DNA of 64,000 bases from Paraspadella gotoi (GCA_051294375.1 CM119265.1:22196278-22260277); one strand, 5' to 3'; shown: positions 24,543-55,639, numbered from the stretch's first letter. Numbers and translations are program-made. The notes: generated by a model not told the origin, from the letters alone.

Positions 24543-27278
24543 AAACAAAATTAAAACACAAACAAACTTAGTATCACAGTTCGTCAGATCTTAACCCGAA
24601 TTTCTTTCCGATATATTAGCTCGTGCGACTGCGTTCAACCGCCGCGTTTAAAAGTCGACTAACAAAGAATAGATTTAAAAAAAAAATTAACTCGTCCAAT
24701 GTACCGTGCGTTGTTGAAAAAGAAAAAAAAAACAAAAAACAAAATAAAAATAAAACCCGAAAACACAAATCCGTTTAGTTTCAACATCTACGCTAGTGTC
24801 TCTCGGTGTTAACGTAGCAAATGCATGAATTCCAATTTCCTGTTTTTACTCTTTTTTTTTTCCATTTTTACCACGCGATGCCCGGGAAAGAATTTAGAGC
24901 GGCGTGCCATGTTCCCGGTAGAAACTACGCACGTCCTATTTTTACGAAAATAAAATAGCCCCTCAAAACTCGACCCCTTTGTGATAGTTCTCTCGTGGAC
25001 AAATTTCAACGTAACACCAAACCTCCCATAAATCGCCCGTCAATAAAAATCATGCACAATTGTAATTTACCGGAGTCAAATTAAGTAAATTCTTTTTCCT
25101 CGTTTTATTTGCTGCGTTGTGAGATTCGTCATCATTCTAAGATGATCGGATCGTAAATTTATGAAGAATAGTAAAGCGTAATATTTAATAATTTTAAATT
25201 CTGGAAGAATTTTTATTTTGAAAGAATTATTTTGGACGAATCTTGTGCTAAAAATTGTGCAATTCACCCCGATAACGATCCTTACACCCGAAAAGTTGGG
25301 ATGTTTGGGAATATTTCACTAAGAGTCATAGTAAAGATTTGTCGTTTTGGTAAAACTTTTAATCGCAACGGGACGTTCTAAATTTTCAACAAAACCGTAG
25401 AATATGTTGATTTGAAAAGCCGCATTTCAATTCTCCCCCTCCCCTCAATCGTAATTGTCATAATGTGATATGATTTATTCGAAGCGATAGAAATGCAAAC
25501 AATGAAGTTTAAAATCTCTCGATTTTTACCATCTGTGAGTGGTGCAACAGTCTGTCAACGTGATTTTTTTTTTTCATTCAAAATTCCTCTTGTTTTTTGG
25601 GTTTTTTTAATGATTTTTATAATTTTCTCTCGGACCAATATTTTTTTTTTTTTTAAATTCTGAGCTATCTACTATTTTTCACCTAGTCTTGCTCATGTTT
25701 ATTTCGGAAAAGTAAAAAACATTGATATAAGAGGAGACGTAGTATTCTTTTGAGTTTCAGAATTTAAACGCTTCATATCTTTTTCTTGCTTGTCCTAGCC
25801 GCTCATTATTTAGTGTATAAAATGATCTCGTTAATATCGCGCTTTAAAGTTAGCGGTAAGTTCTATTAGTAGTTTTCTTATGGCATCGTTAAAAATGAAA
25901 AGAAAAGGTTTGTTTACCGTCAACATAATTGTTTTTTTAATGTTTAAAGAAATAGTAAAATCTACAAATTAATTTCATCTAAATCACTGAAATGACGTAT
26001 AAATTGTGTTCAGTGTGGTTTGTGTAGCAGCAAGACAACTATACAGGCTGTGATTGAGCCATAACTCATTACCATCGTGTTCATCTTTTTTCTTTGTCAT
26101 AATATAGAAAGTAAGTAATGTACAGATGATAAATACTTCTGCCAGCTCAGTTTTGCGGCCGAAAGAGGAGCGAACATATCAAGGTCGCATTGTGATCCTT
26201 CGATGCTTTTTCATTCAGTGTTTTCCTCAAAAAATCTCTTAAAATGGCTTTAGTTCGTTAATCAATGGTTTAAACTTTAATATTCGCTTAAAAGCATTAC
26301 TTTTCCAAGTGGTTGTCTCATTAAAATTGTTTTTCTAATCGACTGCGTTTTTGAAAAAATCTTATATGGATAGGTACAATTAGTTATTACTAATGTATTG
26401 TTTTAAATGATTATTTTCAGAAAACCAAATTTTTTTTTTTCTAAAATGCCTTTTTCGATCATGTCATATCTCGCTCATCGAGACGTTATGGTAAAAGTTA
26501 TGTCGATATCATCTTTTTCAAATATGGCTGTGATGGATTTGAGATTTTGGAAAGAAAGTATTACGACCTAACGTTTGCTCGTTTGTTTGCTTCTAATCTT
26601 TTTTTTAACACTTCTGTTGTATATTTAATGCAATTCTAACATTTTTGGCGTTTCTCGCGGCTTACGAACAGGAACTATATGACGAAGCTTGCAATGTATT
26701 TTAAACTATATTTGGCAGTTAATTTTTTCCCCTTTTTTTTCATTAAGCTTTAAAGCCTAAGGACTTTTCTGCTTGTAAGATAAAAATTGAATTAACAAAA
26801 TAAGTAATAAAAAGGCTAACAAAGCAAGGTTTTTTAAAAGTTTTGTTTTTTATGTTTATATCACGTTTGTAAAAAATAAAACCATAAAATTTCTTGACTA
26901 TTTTTAAAATACGATCACTCATTTAGTTTACTGAAATAAATACTTTCTTTCAAGACAAATTAGTGGATTTATGCATCAAGTCACTTCTTCTTTTACTTCA
27001 TAAAACTAACCTAGCTACTAATTTATAACAATTCTCTAGTTTTTCCCGTTCAAAATTCTTACGATCATCGAAAAATAATAGAAAAAGTTACAAAATAATA
27101 AACAGAATAGTGCCCGACAGATTAAAAACTAAATCGAGTGCGAGATTTTTCTATTAAAACAAAGCGCTCGAAAAAAAAAATAATGCCAGCCATAGTTGGA
27201 AGAACATTTCAAAAAAGGTAAAAAGCTATTATTTTGCAAAATTAAACGAAGTTGCCAACGCCATTTCGAATTTCTCGT

Positions 27279-28476
27279 TTACTTTTCGGCTGCTCGCTTG
27301 AGTTTAGCCAGCGACGCCAACCTTTCGTCGCGCCACTCCCGGCGAGCTTCTAACTTTTCTGGCGACGTCAATCGATTGAGTTGTTGGCAGAGTTCGACGG
27401 CGTCCGGGCTGGAGACGTCCGTCCAGTCAGGAGCGGCACCGAGAGTAGCAGAAACGGAGTTCATTGCTGAACCTAAAGGAAGGGGTGAAAATCGGGGAAA
27501 AAGATTAGACATTAGTTTGTTACAATTATGCGCGAAAAGATTAGTTAGTCAGAATTATAAGTCTAAGGTCTTAGCAAGAATACATAGACATAGATGTACA
27601 TTATATTTATACATACTAAATATTATTGCCGAAATCTTATTGTTACTTTATTACAATAGTATTTTTATATCAAGACGGAATAAACTTGCAGCATCCTTCA
27701 TGGGGATTCTTTTTTTTAGTAATTCATAAGTAACAATTTGTTACCTAATTGTACCCGAGTGAACGATTTTTATTTCTCGATTTTTTTTTTTCGTACAGCA
27801 CATGCGGCCAACCCAAATTTCGATAGCATTAAAACGAAAATAATATACTGTAACTAATTGGTTATTATCTATACGTATCAAAATATTACCGTAAGCCTCC
27901 ATATAGCTTTTCATTCCGGCGGCGTTCAAGTGCGCCACTTCCAAAGGACCAATAAACGCGTAGCGACACCCTAAAAAGAAGATAATGTGGAAATTAATAT
28001 AATTTTATTAAAAAAGTTGATACTAATGTGATTATGGCGATTTAAAAAAATTAATTTGAAAAAATTAAACAAATTTTTTTCATTTTTTCTATAATTTCTC
28101 CTAATTAAAGGGCGATTTAAAAAAAAACAACTAAAAAATTAAAACTATAAATATAAACTATATAATGCTGTATTATATTAATAAATTAAGATAACTATAA
28201 TATATTGATGAGGATTTTTTATTTAATAGATTTTTTTATTATAGCACTAATTTCTCAATGAAAAATATTTTGTATGCTTTACAAAGTTTTTACTCTGTTA
28301 AATTATAATACGTAAATGGACCGTCAAATTGACAACTAAAAAGTTTCAATATTTCAATTTTTAGTACTAATTAGCCTTTGAAATGTTATAAAAGTCATTG
28401 CTCTATCGTAGAGGATTTTTCCTACTGGATCGAGATACAAATGTCACGTTGACCCTCATTTCGAAAAACGAGCGAG

Positions 28477-28511
<35 letters not shown>

Positions 28512-31235
28512 AAAAACAAAACAAAAAAATAAAAGAGCAGGCGGTTAGATAGAGTGTTTTAAGTGGCCACTGTGTCTCCCTATCCCTCAGTTCCCATCTC
28601 CATCTCTCCCCCTCGCGCTATACGTATAGATCGTCCATAACTCGAAGGCACGATCTCCCGAAATATGAACCATTGTATGACACGAGGATCCAAAGTCAAT
28701 TTGGATTTAAGGTCAAAAAAAGAAGCGGAGATACACGAAGAAGAGGAAGGAAACTGATAACGCGAACTCAATAGATATGTACTAAGAACAAGGGGAGTTT
28801 CATATCATTGACAAATTTTTATGGTATTCGTAAAAAGCGAATTGTAGTGTAATGTAAATATTTAAGTGCAGGAAACCAAAAAAAATTATTTGTATTTGGT
28901 TTCCAAAACTTTTCTCTCTCTCTATAATTAATTTTGAATACAAGATTTTCATAAGCATTATTATTAATATTATTATATTCCTCGCCAAAGACCCATCGGA
29001 ATTCAGAGACTAATCGAAGGAGGAAATTGGCAGAGGAATTCTAGCGTGGGCGATACTCTGAAAAATTGCGGTCGCGTTCTCGTTCGTCCTCTGTCGTTGT
29101 TGTTCTTTCCCAACGTCTTTCCCTGTCAACTCGCATCAAGCAGAACAGCGAAATACATGAAATTGGTACAACCAATATAAAAATTATCCGTTCATTTAAT
29201 AAATAAGCTATCTTGCCCCTGACTTTGGTGGTTTAAAGCCTCCATCACTCTTACAAGATAATGACATAGCAGGTCCCTGCAAGCTTTCAATCAAGACTCT
29301 CTCACAGTCTCGTTCATTCACTCCCAGAGTACCTGGCTTCCCTATCAATGAAGTGGTATAATATTTCAAAGAATGTTTCAATTGTATGAAAAGACCACTC
29401 CCTTAAGTATATTTTTCACCGTCGTTTCTATTCCCATTTAACGGCGATTCCACGCGAGTTATTCAGTCTCGTCGACGAGCGAACCCGACAAACTCGGAAC
29501 AGGAAGCCGACAGCCCGACTGAAAGAGTATCTAGACTGGCGTAGGCGAAAATGGAATTTCGTCTCTTTCGATCACCGCGAATCTCGTCTAATCAGACGGT
29601 CGGTCGGTCGGTCTGTTCGAAGAGGTTGACAAGACTTGAAATTCTTGTCGCCAACGGGGAAAATTAAATAAAAAAACTCTTAGATTGGATCCTTCATGCG
29701 ATCTTAGAACCCGGGTGCCGTTTTCGACCGCTAGATGGATTACCTAATCCGTCGGTCATAACTTTGTCGATATCTTCCACGGACATTTTCGCTTCCTTTG
29801 CCAGATTTCTACACTCGTTCAAAATCGCGTATTGAATCCTGTGATTAAATTAATCAATAAGCAAGCAAATTGAATATAAAATTGGTTCTTCTTTTTTGTC
29901 AAGGCACGAAACATTAAAATAATAATTGTCCTCCGATCATTTGACAAACTGGTAAAATATTCTGGACTTGGAAACTTAGAAATTAGTTGAAAACAAGATT
30001 TTGTGGTTGTATTGAGCAAGTTAAACGACTTGCTCTAAAAGTTAGGTTTTTTTTTTTCAATAACCAGCGTTTGAGAAATATCTTTGTGATCGTTGTCACC
30101 TGTTAAGGGCGAATCCAGGCAACTCTTTATTAATCATGACCGGCGACTGACCGATATCCCACAGAATTTCTCTCGTGAGCTTCTTGATAGAGTCTTTTGT
30201 CCACGGGTTAGGAACGATCTCCACCAGAGGTACAAGGTGAGGAGGATTCACTGACAAGTGAACAACGCGTTAATTTACCGTTCGAGAAAAGAGCGGGAAA
30301 AGAGGAATGTACTTACCCGGATGAGAAATGATGACCTGCGATCGACGTTTCATGGATTCGCAAAACCGAGAAGAGGGAATACAGGAAGTGGAGCTGGAAA
30401 GGATCGTCGAGTCGTCCTTCACGATGTTGTCGAGAGAGGCAAAAACCTGGATGTTTTTCAGGACTAAATGATAATATACGTAAATTAATTTTTTTTTTAT
30501 AAATGAAAATAGAGATACCTTAGACTTGAGACTGAGATCTTCGGGGACGCACTCTTGGACGAGGACTGCGCCACAGACGCATTCCTCGAGGGTCGAAGCT
30601 TTCGTCACGAGGGCGGCTTGATCCGCGGCAGAGAGACGTCCGCGTAGCGTGCCTCGTGCCTCTCTATCCGCGAGCTGGTTCTAATGAGAAACGCTAATTT
30701 GAATGACTACCGTGCCGCCGAGGGTTAAAATTTTCAAATATTTTCTAGAAAATATAAATTGTTCAATGGCGACAGTTTTACGATTCATTTTCATAATTTT
30801 ACTGGATTTCAAACTCTGCTTTCGTTTAAAGTCAGACGACTTAACACAAACTTTAGTTTCAAGTTCAAAAACTTAATCGCCAGAAAATTATTGTTTTATA
30901 TTGGAATTTCGATGATTTGTCTTACGCAGTAACCTTTACTCTCTAAGTCCACGAAATAAAAAAACTGAGCAAAAGAAATTGCCGACTTTCATCCATTTCA
31001 TATTCCTAGCTCAACGGACCTCGCGAGATTTTTTTTTCTCGTATGTATTTCGATATCAAAGACGCTATCAGAACTGCCCGAGTCTGTGCCGAGTCGATAA
31101 TACTTATCCGCTCAAGAGGAAATGTCTGGAAACCGAAAATTAACTGACTCTTAACTTTTCCCTTAGGACAGCAGTTTTTCTTTTATCGCAAACTTTATAT
31201 ATCTCTCTCTCTCTCTCTCCCTATTTCTCTCTCTA

Positions 31236-31304
<69 letters not shown>

Positions 31305-32229
31305 TGTCGCAACCTTTATGAAGCAGAGTGCGTTGTCTACTTGGTCTGGATAAAGGTCGTAGAGCGAAACGCGATAACCTGCGCCTGGAAGTGGAGACAA
31401 AATGAATTAATAGACGCGGAGGACAAAAAGTCAACAACCTAAGGAGAAGTAAAAGGTTGTGGGATTTGACAGACAACGATGACATGCGCTTTCATTTGGG
31501 AAAAGGTTGTGTGGAGTTGCGGTTGTGATTGCATTAGTGAGGAAGAGAATAGTTCCCTTTATGAGCAGAATCAGGTGCGGCGAGAGGGGGGGGTTTCATT
31601 CGCCTAAGAAGAGAGAAAAAAGTAGGAAAGAAAGAAAGAAATGAAGGAAAAAAGAATAAAAAAGGAGAGGAGGCAGAAGTTTGAGCGCTGGAGCAATTCT
31701 CAAAGCAGAAAGTAAGTAATCGAAAACTAAAAACTAAAATGATGGAGAGCAGGAGGGGGGCCGGTCTTTTCTCTCGCCTTCCCTGAGAAGAATATATGGG
31801 CAAGTATATATATAATACAAGTATATTATAAGTACTAGTACATAGCTAAGTAGCTAACGACATCTTCAATGTGTGCAAATATATATTTTTTTATAATTTA
31901 CATAGTCAATGGGGTAACAGTTAAACATCTTTGCTTTTAATATTTGGCTATATTTTATAAATAAATAACTATAGACTCTAAATTTAATCAAGATATGGTT
32001 GCTTAATTGCAAGAAAAAGGTTAACGCAACACCAAACTCGCTTCAATGGCTTTCACCGAATACTAGAATCTAAATACAATTGAAATGCTTAATTGAAATA
32101 GATCCCGGGAGAACTAGCGAAAATAAGAGAAATGCGCCCACAAGAACAATGCCTACCTGCGTAAATAATAGCCCAGGATTTCCCGATCAAACCGCCACCG
32201 ATTATTCCGACTTTTTTTCGCGACTCCAT
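27279..32229 (-). CDS. CRYL1: Lambda-crystallin / L-gulonate 3-dehydrogenase
   Basis: Eight in-phase exons: 32229-32157, 31384-31314, 30680-30519, 30446-30317, 30250-30100, 29838-29744, 27970-27890, 27472-27279. Motifs GGGLIGKSWA, QECVPEDL, LSSSTS, HPVNPP, GFALNRIQYAILNE, RYAFIGPLEVAHLNA, WRDERLASLAKLK. Confidence 0.95.
29157..29245 (+). repeat. Dispersed repeat with core ATGAAATTGGTACAACCAATATAAAAATTA; other copies at 33621 (+), 19371, 32693 and 35798 (-)
   Basis: Direct sequence matches; the 32693 copy abuts a (TGAA)n tract, as expected for a retroposon 3' tail. Confidence 0.75.
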
Positions 32230-33332
32230 TGTTCGTCTCGGACAAAAAAATTCTCATTAGAGTAAACAGTTATGGAATGTCAAAAAAAAAGGGCGTCAAG
32301 TAATTAGGCTACTCCCGAGTACACTGATGTGCTGCTATTTTATTGATATCTTAATGAGGGGTCAGTGCTGAGATGTCAGCACTACTCAATTGTCCGATAA
32401 CAAAAGACATTTTTGTATTCACTACGTATGTTTTGAGTTTTCTTGTCGAGATTAATTAATGAAATTCACTTTGAAATAATGACCTGCTAAAACTAAAAAT
32501 ACTTTTAAACAATTTTTTATGAACCGTCCATTTATTTGAAGCAATTTTGTTTTGTTCATTAAAACGTATTCTTGGTTGTATTTATTATCATTTTACTATT
32601 AATCAACGGTTGGTTAAACTGTTTTATCGGTTTTTGATAACCTCTGAAATAATGAATGAATTAATGAATGAATGAATGAATGAATGAATGAATAATTTTT
32701 ATATTGGTTGTAACAATTTATATGTATAAATTTTTTTGAACGTTAGTTCAAGAAAATAATAAGCTCCTTGTCCTTTACTTATGACTGTTAATCTGTATTG
32801 AAAAATGTAGTTAAAAATTTAAAACATAATCGGAACGGTTAATGAAAAAATATTTTGAATATTAAGAATTAATATCGATTTAGTCATCTAAAACAAGGCG
32901 GACTAGTTTCACTCTTACATTTGCTTTAAGAATTGTGAAAATAATAAGTACAAAAAACGTGTAAATCTTTGTAACGAATAAAAAGTTTTCGGGTGTTAAT
33001 TTCTTCGTTCGAATGATCCGATGCGGTGGCTTAGCGCCTTTGCGTCAAACTCTACTTCTATTCTTTCCTTTTTTTTTGTTATATTTTTAGTCCACAAAAA
33101 AAGGCTAAAATTCCTCGACTTGGTACGAACCCTTTTTTTCCGACTTCAAAATTCCGTCCGCGTGAAAATGAAAGAAACTATTTTTTAAAAAAATATTTTA
33201 GTTTTCACTTAAAGGAAAAATAAACCGTTTGTTGTAATATTAAACCATTTAAAATTAAGGATTTATTTTAATCCAAACATTACGGAGCTAAAACGCCGGA
33301 TTATTAATTCAAAGTTAAAAACAACCCGCACG

Positions 33333-43408
<10,076 letters not shown>

Positions 43409-45197
43409 GTGAGGCCCAAGAGGAATAAGGTACATGACAATCCGAGACAGGGATAAAATGGCCAGGAAAGGGATGGCAGCAAGAAGACCCACGGCTTCTG
43501 GCTGACGGTTTTAATGTTGGTCAGTCCTTGTAAGGCCTTTTTTTAAAAATAAAAATAACAATCCTAGTTGTTTAAGGGATAAACGTTGGAAAGTAAGGAT
43601 TTGTTTATTTTTTTTTTACATCCTATTGCTTCATCAATTGGTTCTATTTTCGTTATTTTTAAGAAACTTATTTCATTTAAACTTGTTGTTCTATGTTAAT
43701 CGAAATTTCAGGGTTTTTCTTTTTTATAATCAATTAAAGGTTTTATTTTTATCATAATAAAATATAAGTTTAATTATTCCTAAGAACTCTTTAATTAAAT
43801 TCATTTTCCCTATTAGAACGTATTACAAATCCATAAAAAATATGATTCTCGTTTAATTTAGAATCGAGGGTCTCATTTTCGAAAAACTCTAAAAAATCCA
43901 ATTTTTTATGTTTTCGACCGAAATAACTAGGATCATAAAAATTAGGGTTTTCACTGATTATTCCGGAAAAGTTCAACTTAAACTGGTGGCTAATGAGGAC
44001 CGCCTGCTAGCGACCCGTGAGTCAGGCATGCCCGCCTTGCCTGGCCCACTGCAATTTCTAGTCTCGTTACTTAACTTAACACGGGGTGGTTGCAAGGGGT
44101 TGTTGGTTGCCCGTATCCCTATTCTTGCTGGATTCCTTTTATAACAGAGCATTTCCCTGACGTTTTTTTTTTTTGAGAGCTCAATTTAGCTCTGGTAAGT
44201 TCCAATCTGACCTTTTTTTGCACGTCACGGCTGAAGTGATTGTTGTGTAATAAAATCAAAAGATAAATCCAAAAATATGTTTTTCATAATCTATATTTTG
44301 TTAAAAAATTTGCCTTTAATAAGTTTTTCTCCCGTTTCCCTTTTGTGAATTGTTATCGTCTGTGTTTTCTATTGCCTCTTAGGATTCTGTGACACTAATT
44401 TTGTCCCTAAGTTCGGTTGCCAATTTTATCTCTTTGATGTCCCGCTTTTGTTCACTTTTCTTTTGCAATAATTTTCTATCCGTCGATTAATTCATTGTGA
44501 ATTGTTCACAAAACCCCACGTTTCTCTGTCTCCCTTCGAATCCTGACGTGACGAAGAGAGCGATCTTAAAAAATCTCACTACTTTTGTATCTTGAACGCG
44601 TAGAACTTTAGAATCGACCAATTATTTTCGCGCAATGCTCATTTAACTAGAAATAATTGGTTTTAAGCGACTGGATAAAGAACGAAACCGCTTATCCTCA
44701 AAGCCGTATTTCAACGTCAAGGCAAAAAAACCCAGACAGACTGCCAGCTATCCAAAGAAATCCAAAAGACGAAGAACAAAAACTAAAAATAAATCCCGCC
44801 GAAAATCCACGGAAAACAAAACGACAAGCGACCGGATAAAAAAAATGAAGGACCGAAGTTTGGCGGCGCCACCGGTCGTGCGGGCGGTCGGCTCGGAAAG
44901 CAAAACGTCGGACAAATCCGGATGTTCCGAGGCACGAAAAATTCTAAATCCTATTCTTATTATTGAATGAACGATTTGGTTGATTTTTTTTTTTTTATAA
45001 ATTGATCTACATTTTATTTATCGTAGATTAATGTGATTGATAGTCCTTTGTCTTATCTTGTGAGTTGTGACTCAACCTTTACCCAAAATGACCGCGTAAA
45101 AAGGATAAAGGTCATTGATTATTTTGGGGTTTATTTATTACCGTTTCTAGAAAAATCAAACTTCGTCTCCGGTTAGCTTTTTTAAAACAAAAAAATA

Positions 45198-45228
<31 letters not shown>

Positions 45229-45326
45229 AAACAAGAAAGAATAAATCGCGATTCACTGACTGAAATTTTGGAATCCGGGTGCCGAAAAGCCGCAATTAAT
45301 GGGTCTCACTAGACGACACTCTGTTT

Positions 45327-45367
<41 letters not shown>

Positions 45368-45482
45368 CATCGGCGAAGAGGAGAGAGAGAGAGAGAGAGA
45401 GAGACACACACAACACACACACAGAGACTAAGACGTCACCCCAGTCGCGTAACCGGTTCCATGTAGCGGGTACAGCGGGTTC

Positions 45483-47503
45483 CCAATTAACAATAATAAA
45501 AAATACGATAAGACAAGAAAGTGCATTCCTTGCGGTACAATAAAGGGTCCTTTTCACTTTAAAAGAGTAAATACAGAGAGCAAGATTGAATAAATAACTG
45601 TCGGAGAGAGAGAGAGAGAGAGATGAGAGAGAGAGAAGATAGATGGAGAGAGATGGAGAGAGAGAGAGAGAGAGAAGAGGAGAATACCTGGCCCTTTTTA
45701 TTTCATTCTAAGCAACCGTCAGTGCTTAATAGAACCTTGATCTTTAAAGGCGAGCGGCAACGCGAAAGGAACAGAACTGTTTTCTTTGGGAAAAATCTTT
45801 TTTTCAAGGAAATCCAGTTTCCTCGGCGGATATTCTTTTTACAGTTATCGTGGGAGGCGTTCGACACTTTTTTATACTTATATGCCTTTTTTTTGTTTTT
45901 GAATACGAAAGGGAATAAAAATAAAATAAAAATAAAAAATCGGCCCGACAACGATGACAATGACCCTCAACGAACTAAAAAAAATGTGGTAAATTTTAGG
46001 ATTTACAAAAACTTTAAATAAAAAAAAAAAAAAGCGAAAAAAATATGGATACTTTTTTAATTTATTTTAGAAAAAAAAACAAGAGAACTTGATCTTTGAC
46101 GATTATCGTTCAGCATCGGATTTCCTTCTTTTTTATTCGTGAAATAAAAAACGTGGAATTTCTAAATAAAGGAAAGGAAAAAAAAAAAAGAAAAGAGAGA
46201 GAGACAGAGACAGAGAGAAAGTGAGGGGAAAAAAAATTTTTCCCTCCTCGAAGCTCGAGTGTGATTCTTCAGATGTTTTTTGCCGACTTTTTCGCCAAAA
46301 TGGGCAAAAATAAAAAAAAAAGTTGGCGACTAAATATATTTTACTTTGGGAGTGAAATTCGTTCTACGAATTGACTCCACCTCCACCCCGCTCATCATAC
46401 CTACCTCTTTTCCTCCCCTCCCCCTTTTTTCTTCTCTCCCCTTTCTCCCCACTCGCTCTCTCCTTGACCCGTGACTCCAGATGGCGTTTCGCGGAGTGCG
46501 CAGCTCCAAGTTCCGCCACGTGTACGGGTCCCGTCCAAGAAGGAGTCGTGCCTCGAGGGCGTCCGCATCACGAAGAACGCGCACGATTCCAACTTTGCTG
46601 CGTCAACCCGAATTCGTCGCCGTCGTCGTGGAATCAGCCGGCGGGGGCGCATTTTCGTCGTCTTGCCCATAGGGGGGGTGAGTTTCGTTTTGTTTTCCGC
46701 TTTGAAAGTTTTGTTTTCTTCTCGTTGTTTCTCCTCTTTTTTAAATGTTTAAATGAGAGAGTATTGTTCGTTTGTTCTCGTTTTAGTCGTCAATGTAGGT
46801 TTTTTTTTTAAAAATAGACAGAAAGAAATGTAACTACTACTACGATGACGACGAAAACGACGACAACGATTCCCTTGTTTGCCTTATAATTTTTAATCTT
46901 CTGTATTTGGTTAATTTTTCTTTTCGTATTTATTATTTACGTCGATATGAAAGTAAGTAAAGTTTATATATCATGATTTTGTTTTCGTTACGTTGGCGTT
47001 AAAAAAAAAACAAAAAAAAAAAGCAATGTGGGTGGTTTAGTATTTTCGTCGTCGCTTATTTGGTACAAAACTACTGGCGATTGTGGATTTATTTACTATT
47101 TCTTTTTACTGTGTTAATAAAAAGAAATCTTAGCGGGAATCCCGCGATTATTTCTTTTATATCTTTTTTATATTTTGAATCGCTTAAAGTTTTAAAACTT
47201 GAGGCGGTTCTAATCGGCGCTCAACGGCCTTCACACGACGCGTATCAACAAAAAGCGGTCACTTTCTTCGCACCTTTTTTTCTTTACTCGATCTTTGTGA
47301 CGATATTTCTCATTTTCCTTTTTTTTATCTCTTGACTCGAAAAACTCTGTCGCTCTCGTCACTGTTTCTCTTCAGAGTAAAACAAACCAAAAAAAAAAAA
47401 TAAGAAGAAAATCTCACATTGTGAACAGTGAGGCACTTGTGATTTCATAATTTACGCTGTCTGACGATCGACACCAAATAAATAACTTCTCTCTCTCTCT
47501 CTC

Positions 47504-47557
<54 letters not shown>

Positions 47558-48221
47558 CTCTCTCTCTTCACAGCACCTGGTCGCGTCGCACATCAACACC
47601 CCCAAATGTGTGCGGCCACGCGGCGGACAATCCTCGATATCAAATGGTATCCTTTGACGATCACGTTGATCGCCTCTGCCTCCGAGGGATACGAACCAAT
47701 CAAGCGTGAATTCTCGAATTTCGTTTAGTCCTTCGCTAAGTCGTTCACGCAATCCTTAGTTGATTTGATCTTAAGTCGTCATCCCAGTCGTTTCGTCGTC
47801 GTTTATCGTTAAGTTCATTGGAGCTGTTCGACGTTTTCGCCCCTTTGTAAATCTTGCCTTTAGATTGCGTTGACAAAATACAGTATGATATTTCTCGTTT
47901 GAAACATTCCTTAACAGTAGAATACTATCTATAGACTTATTAGAATTATGTAAAAAATTGATCGATTCAAAAATGCCAGACAGCGGGCTACAAAATGTAA
48001 GGCCATAATTTAAGTCTCCTAGGGAGAAGGGACTCTTGCGGATATCGCCACAGGAAATGGTTTACAATGAGAAAACTCAAATTATTTTCCAATCGACTAA
48101 ATAATAATAATAATAATAATAATAATTAAATAATAAATAATAAATAATAATAAAATAATTAATAATAAATAATAAATTAATAATAATCCAATACAATTAA
48201 TAATAAAATAAATCTCTCTCT
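45483..48221 (+). other. Duplicate of 48247-~51040 (coronin upstream region and exons 1-2) with frameshifting indels; probable assembly overlap artefact
   Basis: Near-identical 2.7-kb direct copies either side of the N-gap at 48222-48246; differences are mostly single-base indels. Confidence 0.85.
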
Positions 48222-48384
48222 NNNNNNNNNNNNNNNNNNNNNNNNNCCAATTAACAATAATAAAAAATACGATAAGACAAGAAGTGCATTCCTTGCGGTA
48301 CAATAAAGGGTCCTTTCACTTTAAAAGAGTAAATACAGAGACCAAGATTGAATAAAATAACTGTCGGAGAGAGAGCAGAGAGAG

Positions 48385-48424
<40 letters not shown>

Positions 48425-49242
48425 TGAGAGATGAGAGAAGAGGAGAATACCTGGCACCTTTTTATTTCATTCTAAGCAACCGTCAGTGCTTAATAGAACC
48501 TTGATCTTTAAAGGCGAGCGGCAACGCGAAAGGACAGAACTGGTTTCTTTGGGAAAAATCTTTTTTCAAGGAAATCCAGTTTCCTCGGCGGATATTCTTT
48601 TTACAGTTATCGTTGGGAGGCGTTCGACACTTTTTTTATACTTATATGCCTTTTTTTGTTTTTGAATACGAAAGGGAATAAAAATAAAATAAAAATAAAA
48701 ATCGGCCCGACAACGATGACAATGACCCTCAACGAACTAAAAAAAATGGTAAATTTAGGATTTACAAAAACTTTAAATAAAAAAAAAAAAAAAGCGAAAA
48801 AATATGGATACTTTTTTAATTTTATTTAAGAAAAAAAAACAAGAGAAACTTGATCTTTGACGATTATCGTTCAGATCGGATTTCCTTCTTTTTTATTCGT
48901 GAAATAAAAAACGTGGAATTTCTAAATAAAGGAAAGGAAAAAAAAAAAGAAAAAGAGAGAGAGACAGAGACAGAGAGAAAGTGAGGGGAAAAAAAATTTT
49001 TCCCTCCTCGAAGCTCGAGTGTGATTCTTCAGAGTTTTTTTGCCGACTTTTCGCCAAAATTGGCAAAACAGAAAAAAAAAAAAGTTGGCGACTAAATATA
49101 TTTTACTTTGGGAGTGAAATTCGTTCTACGATTGACTCCACCTCCACCCCGCTCATCATACCTACCTCTTTTCCTCCCCTCCCCCTTTTTTCTTCTTCTC
49201 CCCTTTCTCCCCACTCGCTCTCTCCTTGACCCGTGACTCCAG

Positions 49243-54879
<5,637 letters not shown>

Positions 54880-55485
54880 TTCCGTCGCTCTTGTTATTTT
54901 TTGTCAGTATTGTCTGAAAGATTTTTAAAACTAAATGCGATTCGTTTAAATTAGGATTTAATCTGATACACTGACAGACAAAATATTTGAAGTATTTAAA
55001 TTTACTCTCTATTTACTGAAAAATTTTACGAAGTATCTCTATTTTTTTTTTACCTATTGTTGTATGATCATAATCCTTAATTCAGTTAAAAACATTGGCC
55101 GCACAATTTCTTCAGGTATCGCCGTATAACTGATTCTCTCTGAGGCTTTGTTCCTGACTGACTGCAGTGAGTTGTTTTTCTTTTTTTTTTTAATTGTTTA
55201 TATTTACTGTCGAATCGTCGAATGATTTCCCGTCATTTTTGTTGTTTGTGCGTGTTTCTTTTGCGTTTAAGTTCATTTATTTCTAAATAGATTTATTTGG
55301 TTTTTAAGTTAATATCATATAATAGTACCAGCATCCCACCGGTTTGTGAAGTCTCAGGAATTTTACAGTTGCATGTATTTATTTAGGATGTATCATTTTT
55401 GACTTTCTGAAAAGTTTTAACTTCTCTCCCCCAACTATTTTTTTACTCTTTCTTTTTCATTCTCTCTCTCTCTCTCTTTCTCTCG

Positions 55486-55558
<73 letters not shown>

Positions 55559-55639
55559 CTCTCCTCTCCCTCTCCCTCTCCCACTCCCTCCCAATTTATA
55601 TTTCTCTTTTAACGCTAACCTCGGTGTTCGCTATTTTAG

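Noticed and set aside
23471-24571. 366-aa overlapping ORF inside the nuclear receptor
   Set aside because: Alternative frame of GC-rich coding DNA, GTG start, no motif and no AF-2 helix.
43980-44140. HDV-like ribozyme 3' end (gctaatgaggac)
   Set aside because: No matching P1/P2/P3 pairings could be found upstream.
46481-47710. Coronin pseudogene or second coronin gene
   Set aside because: Better explained as an error-rich contig overlap beside the N-gap.
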